Assembly: GCA_041697335.1 (NCBI GenBank)
Contig: JBGUGD010000007.1
Coordinates: 96,001 to 160,000 of the forward strand
Direction: 5' to 3'
From: Vampirovibrionaceae bacterium NZW_1234
Lineage (GTDB): Bacteria; Cyanobacteriota; Vampirovibrionia; Vampirovibrionales; JAGQHJ01
DNA length: 64,000 bases
Below are positions 10,523 to 20,593 of the stretch, one piece after another; within the stretch, counting starts at the first letter, position 1; the number at the start of each line of letters is the position of its first letter. The position numbers and the translations under genes are program-made. The notes beneath the pieces are model-generated. The model was not told the DNA's origin, did not search any database, and saw nothing but the letters and a program-made list of their open reading frames with translations.

Positions 10523-10918
10523 ATGGCAACCACAATGGGTGTTACTCGGGTCGATCCGGCCAAAGCCAAAGCGTTTTTTGAAGCCGAGATGGCTTTTACA
10601 ACCGGACCTGTTGAATTAGATCGTCTTCGCAGGCAGCATCCCGATGATATTGTGATTGTGGATGTTCGAGAGGCCGAGGATTATTTACAAGGCCATATTC
10701 CGGGTGCCGTTAACTTACCCAAAGAAAAATGGGCCACGCTGGAGGGATTGAGCAAAGACAAGCAGAACATTTTGTATTGTTATTCCGCAGTTTGCCACTT
10801 AGCGAAAACGGCGGCCGTTGAATTTGCCAATCAAGGCTATCCTGTCATGGAAATGGATGGAGGCTTCCGCTCCTGGAAAGAGCATGACCTCGATATTGAA
10901 TCTATTACCCAGCGCTAA
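10523..10918 (+). CDS. Rhodanese-like domain protein
   Basis: IVDVRE..DY..GHIPGA, YCYSAVC, MDGGFRSW; RBS AGGAG. Confidence 0.92.
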   Translation: MATTMGVTRVDPAKAKAFFEAEMAFTTGPVELDRLRRQHPDDIVIVDVREAEDYLQGHIPGAVNLPKEKWATLEGLSKDKQNILYCYSAVCHLAKTAAVEFANQGYPVMEMDGGFRSWKEHDLDIESITQR

Positions 10919-10930
10919 CGAGGGTGATGC

Positions 10931-11368
10931 ATGACGGCTCAAAAGAAAACATATTCCTTTGGGCAGGTGTTCCTAATTGGAATCTTGTTTTTAATTGGGT
11001 TGCGGATTGTGTCCGGGGTATTGTGGATGCTGATTGTGACTTTTCAGCCTTCACCAGGACAGATCCATGCATTTGAGCAGGTTACGCAACGGGTTCCAGT
11101 GCCGTTTCTGTTTTTGCTGATTCCCTTTGTGTTGGCGGCAATCATTATTTTTGTTTCCAGGCCAAAGCCTCAACGACCCTACTCGTTGCATTCCGTGCCA
11201 ACGGTCCCGCTTGATGAAACGGAGACTCAACTGAATGAGCGCTTATTTCGTCCTACCTACTCGCAGGCCCATTTGCTGCAAATTTTAAAAATCATAACCA
11301 TTCTTTGGAGCGTTATTTTCTTAACCCAGCTGATGTTTTATTTCGCCTTTAGTAGCTATCGCAACTAA
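10931..11368 (+). CDS. Hypothetical membrane protein (3 hydrophobic segments)
   Basis: Hydrophobic helices; directly follows the rhodanese gene. Confidence 0.65.
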   Translation: MTAQKKTYSFGQVFLIGILFLIGLRIVSGVLWMLIVTFQPSPGQIHAFEQVTQRVPVPFLFLLIPFVLAAIIIFVSRPKPQRPYSLHSVPTVPLDETETQLNERLFRPTYSQAHLLQILKIITILWSVIFLTQLMFYFAFSSYRN

Positions 11369-11692
11369 ATTCACGGAGTTCTGTCCTCCCAGATGTTTTT
11401 ATCACGCTAAAAGTGCTATCCAGAGAAAATTCTATTAAAACACGGTCGTGTCAGGCTGATCTCATAGGGGGGCTCGAAAAACTAAACAGCAAGGCAGTTG
11501 TGATGCCGTGGAAAGACCTTCTATTATCTTAAGACACGGACTCAAAATACCGATGCTATGCTTCGGGAGTATCTCATAGGTGACTCGGGTTGGAGATTAA
11601 AATCCTGTTTCAGCCTCTGCAAATACATCATTCTTATGGGATTTATAGTTGGTGATCTCAGATTCTAATAATGAGGTAAAGGAGAAATAGCG

Positions 11693-12142
11693 ATGACCAT
11701 GAAACTGTTTACCTTGCTTAAAGACGATCATGAAACCGTCAAACGTGGCTTTAAAGATCTGATGAGCGAGGAGGAAATCAATGTCCAGGATCTTGAGGTA
11801 ATCTGTAACCAGTTGACCTTGCATATGCAATTAGAAGAGAAATTCCTCTATCCAGTGATGCAGGAGCAGGAGTCGGCCCGAGAGTTAACCGAAGAGGCTA
11901 TTTTGGAGCATAAAGAAGCTGAACGTATTATGAAGGAAATTCAGGGCGGCAAACTGGATCCGATGGAACTGAAAGTCAAAGCCGAAATGTTGCAGTTGGC
12001 CATCGAACATCATGTTGAGGAAGAAGAATCAACATTTTTTGAGGAAGTTCGAAATTGTTTGTCTGAAGATCAAATAGATGAAATTTCTCAGCAAATGGTT
12101 GCCTTTAAGCAACAAGCCGAGAAGAAATCGGTTCGCAAGTAA
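11693..12142 (+). CDS. Hemerythrin domain protein
   Basis: DDH, LHMQLEEKFLYP, EH, HHVEEEE motifs; RBS AAGGAG. Confidence 0.9.
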   Translation: MTMKLFTLLKDDHETVKRGFKDLMSEEEINVQDLEVICNQLTLHMQLEEKFLYPVMQEQESARELTEEAILEHKEAERIMKEIQGGKLDPMELKVKAEMLQLAIEHHVEEEESTFFEEVRNCLSEDQIDEISQQMVAFKQQAEKKSVRK

Positions 12143-12170
12143 CACGATCTATTCCAGTCTTAGTGCAAGG

Positions 12171-12207
12171 AACCTACTGTGTCTTTTTAATGCACAGTAG
12201 GTTTTTT
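12171..12207 (+). terminator. Intrinsic terminator after the hemerythrin gene
   Basis: AACCTACTGTG...CACAGTAGGTT followed by a T tract. Confidence 0.85.
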
Positions 12208-12377
12208 GTTACTCCTTTCCTATCAAGGGTAATCAGGCTTAATGTATATTCATGACAGAGTTGGGATGCCTGTGAAGTAGATCTGGTATTTCTGGTAATG
12301 CTTAATGGTTTAGAACCCGATAGGGTATACATAAGGGGTTTTTAAGAAGAGATTTGAAGACAAGAGGAGAGGTATTG

Positions 12378-12836
12378 ATGAATGCGTTTTTACACGAGAT
12401 TGTGCAGCGGACTCACCCGGCTTTAGTGCATTTTCCGATTACTCTCTTTCCGGTGAGCCTGTTTTTTTTGCTCCTCTACTGGTGGCGTCAAGATGGGACC
12501 TGGCTGGAGTCGAGCTATGCGTGTTACATGATTGCCGTGGTTTTTATCATTCCCGTGGCCATTACAGGGATAATGGATTATGTACGGCTGAAGCCGCATG
12601 ATGATAAAGCCCATGGGGCCCTGATGTGGCATGTGTATAATGGGGTTTTAATTACACTCATCAGTTTGGTTTCAGGGATTTATTTCTGGCAACGGTCGCC
12701 TATCGAGAATGAGTTTCAGCTGCCGGGCTACACCTTGTGTACCGTTGTTCTAAGTGCCCTGGTGCTCATTCAAGGGGCCATTGCGGCTCTTATGATTTAT
12801 CAACACAAGTTGGGCGTCGAAGGCGAGACTCGCTAA
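12378..12836 (+). CDS. DUF2231-like membrane protein
   Basis: HPALVHFPI signature, 4 TM segments, GAGGAG RBS. Confidence 0.85.
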   Translation: MNAFLHEIVQRTHPALVHFPITLFPVSLFFLLLYWWRQDGTWLESSYACYMIAVVFIIPVAITGIMDYVRLKPHDDKAHGALMWHVYNGVLITLISLVSGIYFWQRSPIENEFQLPGYTLCTVVLSALVLIQGAIAALMIYQHKLGVEGETR

Positions 12837-12840
12837 ACTG

Positions 12841-13560
12841 CTATTCGGCCAAACAAGATTTTCGATAAAGACCGGCTGTGTTGTGAGCAATTCTTGTGGG
12901 CTCCGGCAAACGGTATTGTTTAAGACAGCGTAAAACCCATTCGATGGCTGTGGGTAGGGAAACCTTGTGCCCAATGGAAATATAGACCGGATTCGCCCGT
13001 GGCCTCGTACGCAGGCACATCGCAATTTCCTGTTTTTTCCAGATCAAAGGGACTGTGCTTCCGGGTTCTTCCGGGAGCGGTCCTGCAGGTTTGCCGACCA
13101 ATATAGATTTTGCAACGCCAATGGTTGGACAATCCAAGACCACGCCCAAGTGGCTGGCGATTCCCAATTGCCGCGGATGGCTGATGCCATGCCCATCCAC
13201 CAAAATCAGATCGGGTTTGGGGATGAGTTTCTTATAGGCCTCAACCAGGGCCGGAACTTCTCGAAATGCCAGAAATCCCGGAATATATGCCAAGGTGCTT
13301 TTGCCGGTCACCGTCGCCGAATTTAACATGGCAAGCCCTGTGACATCGAGACTGACCATGGCCGCATAAATCTGGTTTTCCGGGTCAAACCGCGTGGTAC
13401 TCACATCTGCTCCGCCGATATAGGCGACTGTCGCCGGGAGTGCGTCATGCCGAATCACCCGCTGAGCCAACTCCTGTTGAATCCGCATAGCCTGATCCAG
13501 CGAGGTGGGATATAACCACTCTTTCGGGAACGGTTTTAAGATGGGCATGATATGAGACAT
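12841..13560 (-). CDS. nfi: Endonuclease V
   Basis: GADVS, YIPGFLAFRE, LVDGHGISHPR..GIASH, GVAKS, RLPEPTR. Confidence 0.96.
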   Translation of the reverse strand: MSHIMPILKPFPKEWLYPTSLDQAMRIQQELAQRVIRHDALPATVAYIGGADVSTTRFDPENQIYAAMVSLDVTGLAMLNSATVTGKSTLAYIPGFLAFREVPALVEAYKKLIPKPDLILVDGHGISHPRQLGIASHLGVVLDCPTIGVAKSILVGKPAGPLPEEPGSTVPLIWKKQEIAMCLRTRPRANPVYISIGHKVSLPTAIEWVLRCLKQYRLPEPTRIAHNTAGLYRKSCLAE

Positions 13561-13598
13561 AACCAGACTCGATCGTTTTTTGGGAGTGTATCAGGGCA

Positions 13599-14432
13599 TC
13601 AGGTGCACCGGAAGCGCCCACCATTGGGGTGAAGAATCTGCCCGAGCAGGTAGGAGGATTCTTCACTGGCCAGAAACAGAAAGCAATGGGCCACTTCCAG
13701 TGGCTCTCCGGCACGTTTGAGCAGCGTATTTTTACCGAAGGTTTCCAGATGCTCCGGCGTAAAGGTGGATACGACCAAAGGTGTCCAAATCGGGCCAGGA
13801 GCAACCCCGTTAACCCGGATTCCTCGTTCGGCCAAATTTTCAGCCAAGGAGCGAGTAAAGGCTACGATAGCCCCTTTGGTTGAGGCATAGTCCATTAAAT
13901 GCGCAGAGCCTTCATAAGCCGTAATCGAGGTGGTATTAATAATGCTGCTCCCTGCTTTCATGTGCGGCAGAGCGGCCTTCGTCAAGAAAAACATGGAAAA
14001 GATATTGGCCTCAAAGGTTTTTCTCAGCTGGTCTTCGCTAATATCTTCCAATCGCTGCTGTTCAACATGGGTTCCGGCATTATTAATCAGGATATCGATT
14101 TTACCATAGTGCTTCACAACATCGTCGATGACCTGGCGACAAAAGGCTTCGCTGCCTAAATCTCCGGCAATGGAAATGCAATCTCTGCCCATGTCCGTAA
14201 CGGTGTGTTTGACCTCGTTGGCATCGGCATGCTCTTCCATGTAGACAAAGGCAATATCGGCGCCCTCTTTGGCAAAAAGCGTGCAGATGGCTTTTCCAAT
14301 CCCACTATCGCCACCCGTCACCAAGGCGACTTTATTTTTTAATTTATCTGACGGACGATACCGAGGGTCATCGGTAATGGGTTTGGGATGCATGGTTTGT
14401 TCCGAGCCTGAGGGTTTCAGTTTGGTTGACAT
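13599..14432 (-). CDS. SDR oxidoreductase, general stress protein YdaD/YhxC-like
   Basis: TGGDSGIG, NNAG, YASTK, GVAPGPIWTP, LHPNGG. Confidence 0.92.
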   Translation of the reverse strand: MSTKLKPSGSEQTMHPKPITDDPRYRPSDKLKNKVALVTGGDSGIGKAICTLFAKEGADIAFVYMEEHADANEVKHTVTDMGRDCISIAGDLGSEAFCRQVIDDVVKHYGKIDILINNAGTHVEQQRLEDISEDQLRKTFEANIFSMFFLTKAALPHMKAGSSIINTTSITAYEGSAHLMDYASTKGAIVAFTRSLAENLAERGIRVNGVAPGPIWTPLVVSTFTPEHLETFGKNTLLKRAGEPLEVAHCFLFLASEESSYLLGQILHPNGGRFRCT

Positions 14433-14473
14433 GGGGTCTTCCTCCTGACCGTTGCTACAGACATGGCTTTTTA

Positions 14474-14884
14474 TTAGTGATTGGATTTGTCGCGGTTTTT
14501 CGCTTCATGTGGCGGGAGCTGTGTTGTTTCCTCCGAGGCTCCTCCTCCGGCATAGACTGTATCATCAGGATCCACAGGCGCCCGACTGTGCTTACTTCCT
14601 AGATTACCGCTGGAACCGGCACCCATGCCGCGCTCTTCGTTCAGGCCAAGTTCTTTGGTGCGCTGTCCGGTGGCCAAATCAGAAATCCGGCCGCCAGGTG
14701 TGCCGCGTCCGGTTAGGTCAGGAACGGTGTCATTCACTTTTTTAAGGCTGGCTGTTACTGCTTCGGCATCCAGGTTTTCTTCAGGCAGATCAATATCCAA
14801 GACATCATCCGTGCCTTCCGTGCGATTCGATACGGTTCCACCGCCTGGGGCACCGGGATTTGATTTATGGGCTTTTCCAACCAT
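14474..14884 (-). CDS. Hypothetical hydrophilic, probably disordered protein
   Basis: Strong RBS GGAGGGAAGGAG; G/D/E-rich; same strand as neighbours. Confidence 0.7.
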   Translation of the reverse strand: MVGKAHKSNPGAPGGGTVSNRTEGTDDVLDIDLPEENLDAEAVTASLKKVNDTVPDLTGRGTPGGRISDLATGQRTKELGLNEERGMGAGSSGNLGSKHSRAPVDPDDTVYAGGGASEETTQLPPHEAKNRDKSNH

Positions 14885-15041
14885 GGGACTCCTTCCCTCC
14901 TTCTCTGTTTTAAAGTGCCATAGGTAGTATAGAGTGTTTTTTAGCGGGCGTTATGCCTCCGTGTGGCTATTCCGTTTTCTTCCCTATACAAGCAACGATG
15001 ACATTAGTGACGGCATACAGATGCTGATGTGTGATTCCAAA

Positions 15042-15788
15042 TTACGGGGACTCGATGCCCCAAGAAGCCGCTGTGTTTCGAGGTACAACCGTTCGGGGCT
15101 GTGCAAACCGAGGGGCTTTTCTTGGGGTGACCCCAACCTGCTGGCAGAGGTGGCTGACGGGGCAGATATCGCATTTGGGAAAATTGGCCACGCAAATGTC
15201 TTGCCCATGACGGACCAGGACGCGATTGATGGTGTTCCAGTATCGACGCGGCAAAATGGCTTCCAGGGCTTCTTGGGTGGCTTCCGGTGTCCGTGTCAGG
15301 ACGTAGCCCAGCCGATTGCAAATACGGTGCACATGGGTATCCACGCTGATGGCTGGTAACCCAAAGCCCATAGATAGCACCAGACTGGCAGTTTTTGGTC
15401 CCACCCCACGAATGGAGAGCAATGCCTCTCGTGTATCAGGAACCTGCCCATCAAACCGGGTCAGCAACTCATGGCACACATGCTTTAAGGTTCCCACTTT
15501 GCCTTGCCAGAACTGAACCGGTCTGATGAGCTGTCCCAGAGTTTCGTCAGACATGGCGATCAGATCTGCCGGTGTTTGGACTTGCCTGAACAACTTGCCA
15601 CAGACCGGCATCGTTGCTCTATCCGGACTGCGGATGCTGAGCAGGCAACAGATGAGAACTTTAAAGGGTTCCTGCTGGGTCACGTCGGCCATGGGATGAT
15701 ACGGATACACCTTTTCCAGAATCTCCATCAGGGCATCAATGGGATAGGATGTGGAGAGAACGGGAGTATTTTCATCAAATGGCAACAT
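15042..15788 (-). CDS. nth: Endonuclease III (HhH-GPD, 4Fe-4S)
   Basis: RGVGPKTA, VDTHVHR, C-x6-C-x2-C-x5-C cluster. Confidence 0.93.
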   Translation of the reverse strand: MLPFDENTPVLSTSYPIDALMEILEKVYPYHPMADVTQQEPFKVLICCLLSIRSPDRATMPVCGKLFRQVQTPADLIAMSDETLGQLIRPVQFWQGKVGTLKHVCHELLTRFDGQVPDTREALLSIRGVGPKTASLVLSMGFGLPAISVDTHVHRICNRLGYVLTRTPEATQEALEAILPRRYWNTINRVLVRHGQDICVANFPKCDICPVSHLCQQVGVTPRKAPRFAQPRTVVPRNTAASWGIESP

Positions 15789-15809
15789 AACCCCCCCAAG
15801 GGACGCGGC

Positions 15810-17042
15810 TTAACGGCCACGTCCCTGTAATGCCATTGGGCGTTGAAAATTCGGGACCGGGTGTTCACCGTTGATTTCCAGCCGGTAATCGGACCCGGAT
15901 ACCCGGACAATTTCATCAATAACGGCTTCGCTCGGTACAAACCCGTCCCCATTGACCATTTGCTGGTACATCCGATAGCGCTCTGGGGCCTGCTCCATGG
16001 GGACCACGTTTTCCAGGTCGGCCGTCAGGTTCACCTGTTCAGCCAGGACCCGTCGCACATAGTCTTTGTTGGATTGAAATACCAGAGGCTGTGGCATGGT
16101 TTTGGGCAGAAATTCCGCCGGATCGCGATTTTCAATCTGTTTCATCAACTCGCATGCCATCCGCAGGTGCTCGATTTCCATCATCAGGTGAATTTCCCAC
16201 ATCCGGCGCAAGCGGCTATCGGACTCCTGGTTCATAAAGGAGTGGTACAAATAGCATTCGTTATATTCGTGCCACACGAGGCCTTCGGCCCAACTGGTCG
16301 TGGGATCCAGGAGTGATTCGTAGTGAGTGACGTGCTGTTCTTCGATCTGGGCAATCTCCTGATACAAGGCTCGGGCAATGGGTTCCGTTGGGCGGTTGCC
16401 AACGTTCATATAGTAGTTCATGGTCTGCTGCTCTGCGCCCAGAATGGTTAAGGCATGCAACACGGATTCGGGTGCGGCTGTTTTGGCATCCATGGGCATG
16501 CGCACATCGTCATACGGGTGTCGGTGTTCCATGATGGTCGGACGCCCCGGCATGATTTCAGTCAAGGTGTCCACGATTTTTTCGGCTTTTTTATGCTCCA
16601 ACAGATCCATCAAGTCGGCATAGCGATACAAATGATCAAAATCTTCCAGTAAGCCAAATTCATAGGCCTGGCGCAAATAGGCGTCGGGTTCTTTTTGTGC
16701 AACGGCGGCAGTCAGATCTACGGCCACTTGTTCATAGCCGATGGTCACTTCCAGGTTGCTGGCATCGCCCGGAGTCAGCCAGTTAACAGCTTTTTGCTGC
16801 TGCTGCTCGACACGGCGAACGAGGGCCAGCTGTCGCCGAATCTCGTTGCTGGGGCAATGACGTGCAAATTGGTGGGAATAGACGATGCTCTCCATTTCGA
16901 GGCCATTTAACGTAATGACCCGGGTTTGGGTGTAAGGGTCTACTTTTTCCTTGTCGTAGGGCATGACGTTCAGTTCGGCCCAATTACGGAATTGCTTTTC
17001 CATGGGCATGCCTTTTTCTTCAAGCGGGTTAAAGCTCGTCAT
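15810..17042 (-). CDS. Ferritin-like (di-metal carboxylate) protein
   Basis: Repeated ExxH-type motifs: EDFDH, EEQHVTH, EIEH. Confidence 0.7.
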   Translation of the reverse strand: MTSFNPLEEKGMPMEKQFRNWAELNVMPYDKEKVDPYTQTRVITLNGLEMESIVYSHQFARHCPSNEIRRQLALVRRVEQQQQKAVNWLTPGDASNLEVTIGYEQVAVDLTAAVAQKEPDAYLRQAYEFGLLEDFDHLYRYADLMDLLEHKKAEKIVDTLTEIMPGRPTIMEHRHPYDDVRMPMDAKTAAPESVLHALTILGAEQQTMNYYMNVGNRPTEPIARALYQEIAQIEEQHVTHYESLLDPTTSWAEGLVWHEYNECYLYHSFMNQESDSRLRRMWEIHLMMEIEHLRMACELMKQIENRDPAEFLPKTMPQPLVFQSNKDYVRRVLAEQVNLTADLENVVPMEQAPERYRMYQQMVNGDGFVPSEAVIDEIVRVSGSDYRLEINGEHPVPNFQRPMALQGRGR

Positions 17043-17191
17043 GACAGTTACTCCTCATTCATTCTCTATCATTCTCTATCGCCAGCAATTTTTAGCGGAT
17101 ACGGACACGGCTATCCAGGTAGGTTTGGTGTGTCTTACCTTCGCGTGTCTTTTCGAATTCCACCATCCCTCAACGGAGGATGGATTCGTTT

Positions 17192-18916
17192 TTAACGACG
17201 TCGCCGCAAGGTTCTTTCGAGCTCGGTCCATGTCAGCGTGTTTAAAATGTCCTGGGCTTCTAACCAACCCCGTCGGGCCTGGTCGAGCCCGTAGGAAATA
17301 TTATGAAGCCCTTTAACCGTGTGGGCATCGCTGGAGAGCACCAGCTTGACGCGATGGTCTTTGGCCAGTTTGCAGTAAATGTCGTTTAAATCCAATCGCT
17401 TGGGTTGGGCGTTTAATTCTAAAAAACAGCCTCGTTGGGCGGCAGCCTCAATCACTTTGTCCAGATGAACATCGTACCCGTCTCGTTCGTCAATGAGCCT
17501 GCCTGTTGGATGGCCGAGAATGTGAAAAAAAGGATTGTCCATGGCGCGAAGTATGCGCTCGGTCTGTTGTTGGGCAGGCAGGTGAAAGTTGGAGTGGATG
17601 GAGCACAGAACCACATCCAGCTCCTTCAGGAGCCAATCGGGGAGATCCAAGGAGCCATCTTCCAGAATGTCGACTTCGGCTGACTTGAGAACAACAATTT
17701 TGTCAAAGCGCTTGTTGACAGAGTCAATTTTTCGCAAGTGCTCTACCATGCGGTTTTCATCCAGCCCGTGGGCTATGGTGGTCTGTTTCGTATGATCCGT
17801 GATGGCTACGTATTCATACCCTTTGTCCTGGGCTGCTTGGACCATTTCTTCCAGCCGGTGGCGCCCGTCACTGGCACGGGTGTGAGTATGCAAATCGCCA
17901 CGAAGCTGCCTTAAGTTCACCAGGTGTGGTAAACGGCCCTCTTGGGCCGCCTCGATTTCGCCGCGATTTTCTCGCAGTTCCGGTACCACATAGGCGAGGC
18001 CCAGTTCACGATAGAGCGCTTCTTCACTATTGATGCCCATTCTCTTGCGCGCACGATACAACCCATATTCATTGAGCTTTAAGCCCTGTTGTTGCGCCAT
18101 GGTTCGAAGAACAATGGTATGGGCTTTTGAACCCGTAAAGTAGAGTAGTGCCGCCCCGTAGCTCTGGGGAGGCACCACGCGAAAATCCACCTGAAGACCG
18201 GCCTTCAGGATGACTGAGGCGCGGGTTGGGCCTTGCCATAAAATTTCATGAATATCCTCGTATTTTAAAATGCGAGGCATCAGTTTTGCTCGGGTCTTGC
18301 CTGTAATTAAAATGTCCAGGTCGCCGACGGTTTCTTTTCGGCGTCGATAACTTCCTGCCACAACAGCTTGTTCGACACCAGGAAGTGTTTGAATATAGCG
18401 CAGTAACGGTTGTGCCAGCTGATCGGCCACGGTCAGAAGAATGCGCTTAGGGGCAAGGGCCCTCTTCTCCAGTTCGTTTCGGATTTTGTCTTCCATCTTG
18501 GGGCCAAAGCCCTGGAGCGTCTGGATTTTATGTTTTCGGGCCGCTTGTCTGAGATCGGCTAGTGTATTGATTCCCAACTGATGGTGCAGAATGCTCACTC
18601 GCTTGGGACCCAATCCGGCAATCTGTGTCAGTTCGAACAGAGTTGGCGGCAGTTGATGCTCTAGTTCGTCCAGTGCCTGTATATGGCCTGTGACGACGAG
18701 CTCTGTAATTTTTTCGGAAATGCTTTCGCCAATTCCGGGTAAATGTGGCAGTGTTTGCCCTTCTAAAATAACTTCGGCCACGGGAATGGGACTATCTTCA
18801 ATGGTTTGTGCCGCATTTCGGTATGCGCGCACTTTAAAGGGATTCTCGCCGGCAATATCGAGTAAATCGGCCAGGGTTTCCAATTTATTGGCAATATCCA
18901 CATTGGCGAGTGCCAT
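17192..18916 (-). CDS. polX: DNA polymerase X with PHP 3'-5' exonuclease domain
   Basis: ENPFKVRAY, GSYRR.KETVGDLDIL, YFTGS, HTHT..SDG, ITDH, GHPTGR, SDAH. Confidence 0.96.
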   Translation of the reverse strand: MALANVDIANKLETLADLLDIAGENPFKVRAYRNAAQTIEDSPIPVAEVILEGQTLPHLPGIGESISEKITELVVTGHIQALDELEHQLPPTLFELTQIAGLGPKRVSILHHQLGINTLADLRQAARKHKIQTLQGFGPKMEDKIRNELEKRALAPKRILLTVADQLAQPLLRYIQTLPGVEQAVVAGSYRRRKETVGDLDILITGKTRAKLMPRILKYEDIHEILWQGPTRASVILKAGLQVDFRVVPPQSYGAALLYFTGSKAHTIVLRTMAQQQGLKLNEYGLYRARKRMGINSEEALYRELGLAYVVPELRENRGEIEAAQEGRLPHLVNLRQLRGDLHTHTRASDGRHRLEEMVQAAQDKGYEYVAITDHTKQTTIAHGLDENRMVEHLRKIDSVNKRFDKIVVLKSAEVDILEDGSLDLPDWLLKELDVVLCSIHSNFHLPAQQQTERILRAMDNPFFHILGHPTGRLIDERDGYDVHLDKVIEAAAQRGCFLELNAQPKRLDLNDIYCKLAKDHRVKLVLSSDAHTVKGLHNISYGLDQARRGWLEAQDILNTLTWTELERTLRRRR

Positions 18917-19080
18917 GGCTGTTTACCCCTTGCGGTTGTGTCATCGCAAACTCTTTTTAAATGGCTGGATGACTCTGGTCACACCGAAGTTGCTCATTTC
19001 CAATTACCGATATTTTGGAAGTGATGTGGCCCAGAATTCAACTGCTCGTTTGGCCAGTTTCGAGGGGATTGGGGCGGATC

Positions 19081-19821
19081 TTAGCCGGGTTCAATAAACA
19101 GGGAATTGCCCAGGACTTCCGGAAATCGGAGGCTGATGGGATCGCCCGGCCTGAGGTGGGCATTGGGATAGACATGGAAGAAACTGACAAGGGTTGGCAC
19201 ACCCAGCGGTGATAATAAGCCCAAGGCAATGCGTTGGGTTGTTGTACTGTTTTCCAGGGTGGGGGAATAGAGTTGGGTAAGGACCCCGGCTGCGGCTGTA
19301 ACCGGAGTTGTCAGGGCCCAAGTTTGAAACCCGCTTAAATCGGTTGTACTGTGTAAAATAATGGCTGTGGTTGATCCGGCAAGGAGGGGGGGTAAGCTAC
19401 GTAATACTGCTCTTTGGCCGGTAATGGCACTTTTGTCGTGCATGGTTTTGCTACTCAAGTGAGCTACGGTTTGATCGATCTGAAGTCGGTTCCGATTGGG
19501 GAAGATGACTTCGCGAATTTCAATGGTGAGATACCCGGGGCGCCAATAGCGGCGAGAAGCGTCAGCCTTGATGATTTGGCCTTTAAATTGGGTTTGTGCT
19601 GGAATGCAATGATGATGGACACAGTGGCGTTCCTGAGTGATGGCAGAGAAGCTTTCTCCTGTTTGACTGGTTTGAGAGTGATGCTCGGTCTGCATCACCA
19701 TGCGAATGGGACGGTCCATGGCTTTCAGCTCAACATCAGCCCAACTGGCTTGAGCCCTAAAGAAACAAAGCAATAACGACATGGCAATGACGATTTTTGT
19801 AACTGGCTGGGTGCGATTCAT
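19081..19821 (-). CDS. Hypothetical exported protein with Sec-type signal peptide
   Basis: N-terminal KIVIAMSLLLCFFRAQA-SWA; beta-rich core. Confidence 0.65.
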   Translation of the reverse strand: MNRTQPVTKIVIAMSLLLCFFRAQASWADVELKAMDRPIRMVMQTEHHSQTSQTGESFSAITQERHCVHHHCIPAQTQFKGQIIKADASRRYWRPGYLTIEIREVIFPNRNRLQIDQTVAHLSSKTMHDKSAITGQRAVLRSLPPLLAGSTTAIILHSTTDLSGFQTWALTTPVTAAAGVLTQLYSPTLENSTTTQRIALGLLSPLGVPTLVSFFHVYPNAHLRPGDPISLRFPEVLGNSLFIEPG

Positions 19822-20000
19822 TTGGCCACGCTCCTCGACCGATGCTAAAGCACCCTTCTAACATGACCAGCTGATGTGCCCTATAGCCACGTCGACTAAA
19901 GCCTTTGTCGAGGATCGGATCGCAAGCCTGTTCTTGCGAGTTACGAGTGTTTTTGATACCGTAGCGCTGTTGGAGCATTTGGTTTGGGAGTTCTTGTTCG

Positions 20001-20390
20001 ATGCGCATCCATCCACCAGCACCCCGGTTTGGGAGTCGCTATTCCTTTCCAGTCGATATTTTTAAAACCAATGTGAACCCATTGACCCAGGATCTCTATG
20101 ATCGGGTCTGGTACCCCCACACCCACCACTGGAGCAGTGAAGATAACTTCGTGACCCTTGATTTGATATCGGGCAAGCGCATCACCACGAAAGTAGAGCC
20201 CAAGGTATTTTACGTTCACAGCGGGGTGCTAAACGATCGTCCCTGGTTGCGCCGCCTCTCCAAGCTATTGCCGGGAGGCATCGCAAGGAAGCTTGAAGCC
20301 GCAGCCGATCGCCAGGTAGAGTCGGTTCTGCATCGGCATCGCATTGAATTTAAAAAAGAAGCCTTTTCGGATCTAAGAACCATTCCATAG
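20001..20390 (+). CDS. Hypothetical protein with RFG leader
   Basis: RBS GGGAG; starts MRIHPPAPRFG. Confidence 0.65.
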   Translation: MRIHPPAPRFGSRYSFPVDIFKTNVNPLTQDLYDRVWYPHTHHWSSEDNFVTLDLISGKRITTKVEPKVFYVHSGVLNDRPWLRRLSKLLPGGIARKLEAAADRQVESVLHRHRIEFKKEAFSDLRTIP

Positions 20391-20593
20391 CCCTGACCCG
20401 AACAATAGCGAACAGGTGTTAGTGCAGGGATGCCAGAGTCTGTTGGAACAGTTCCAATTGCGGAAGAATGCCGTACTGGATAATCAGCCAAGTCAAGGCC
20501 CCGAGGAGGACAGCGGTGAAAAGTTGCTTTCGGGCTTGGGCGATATGTCTCATGCGTGGGTATTCTCCCAGGGGTTATCTTTCAACAGAGTGA

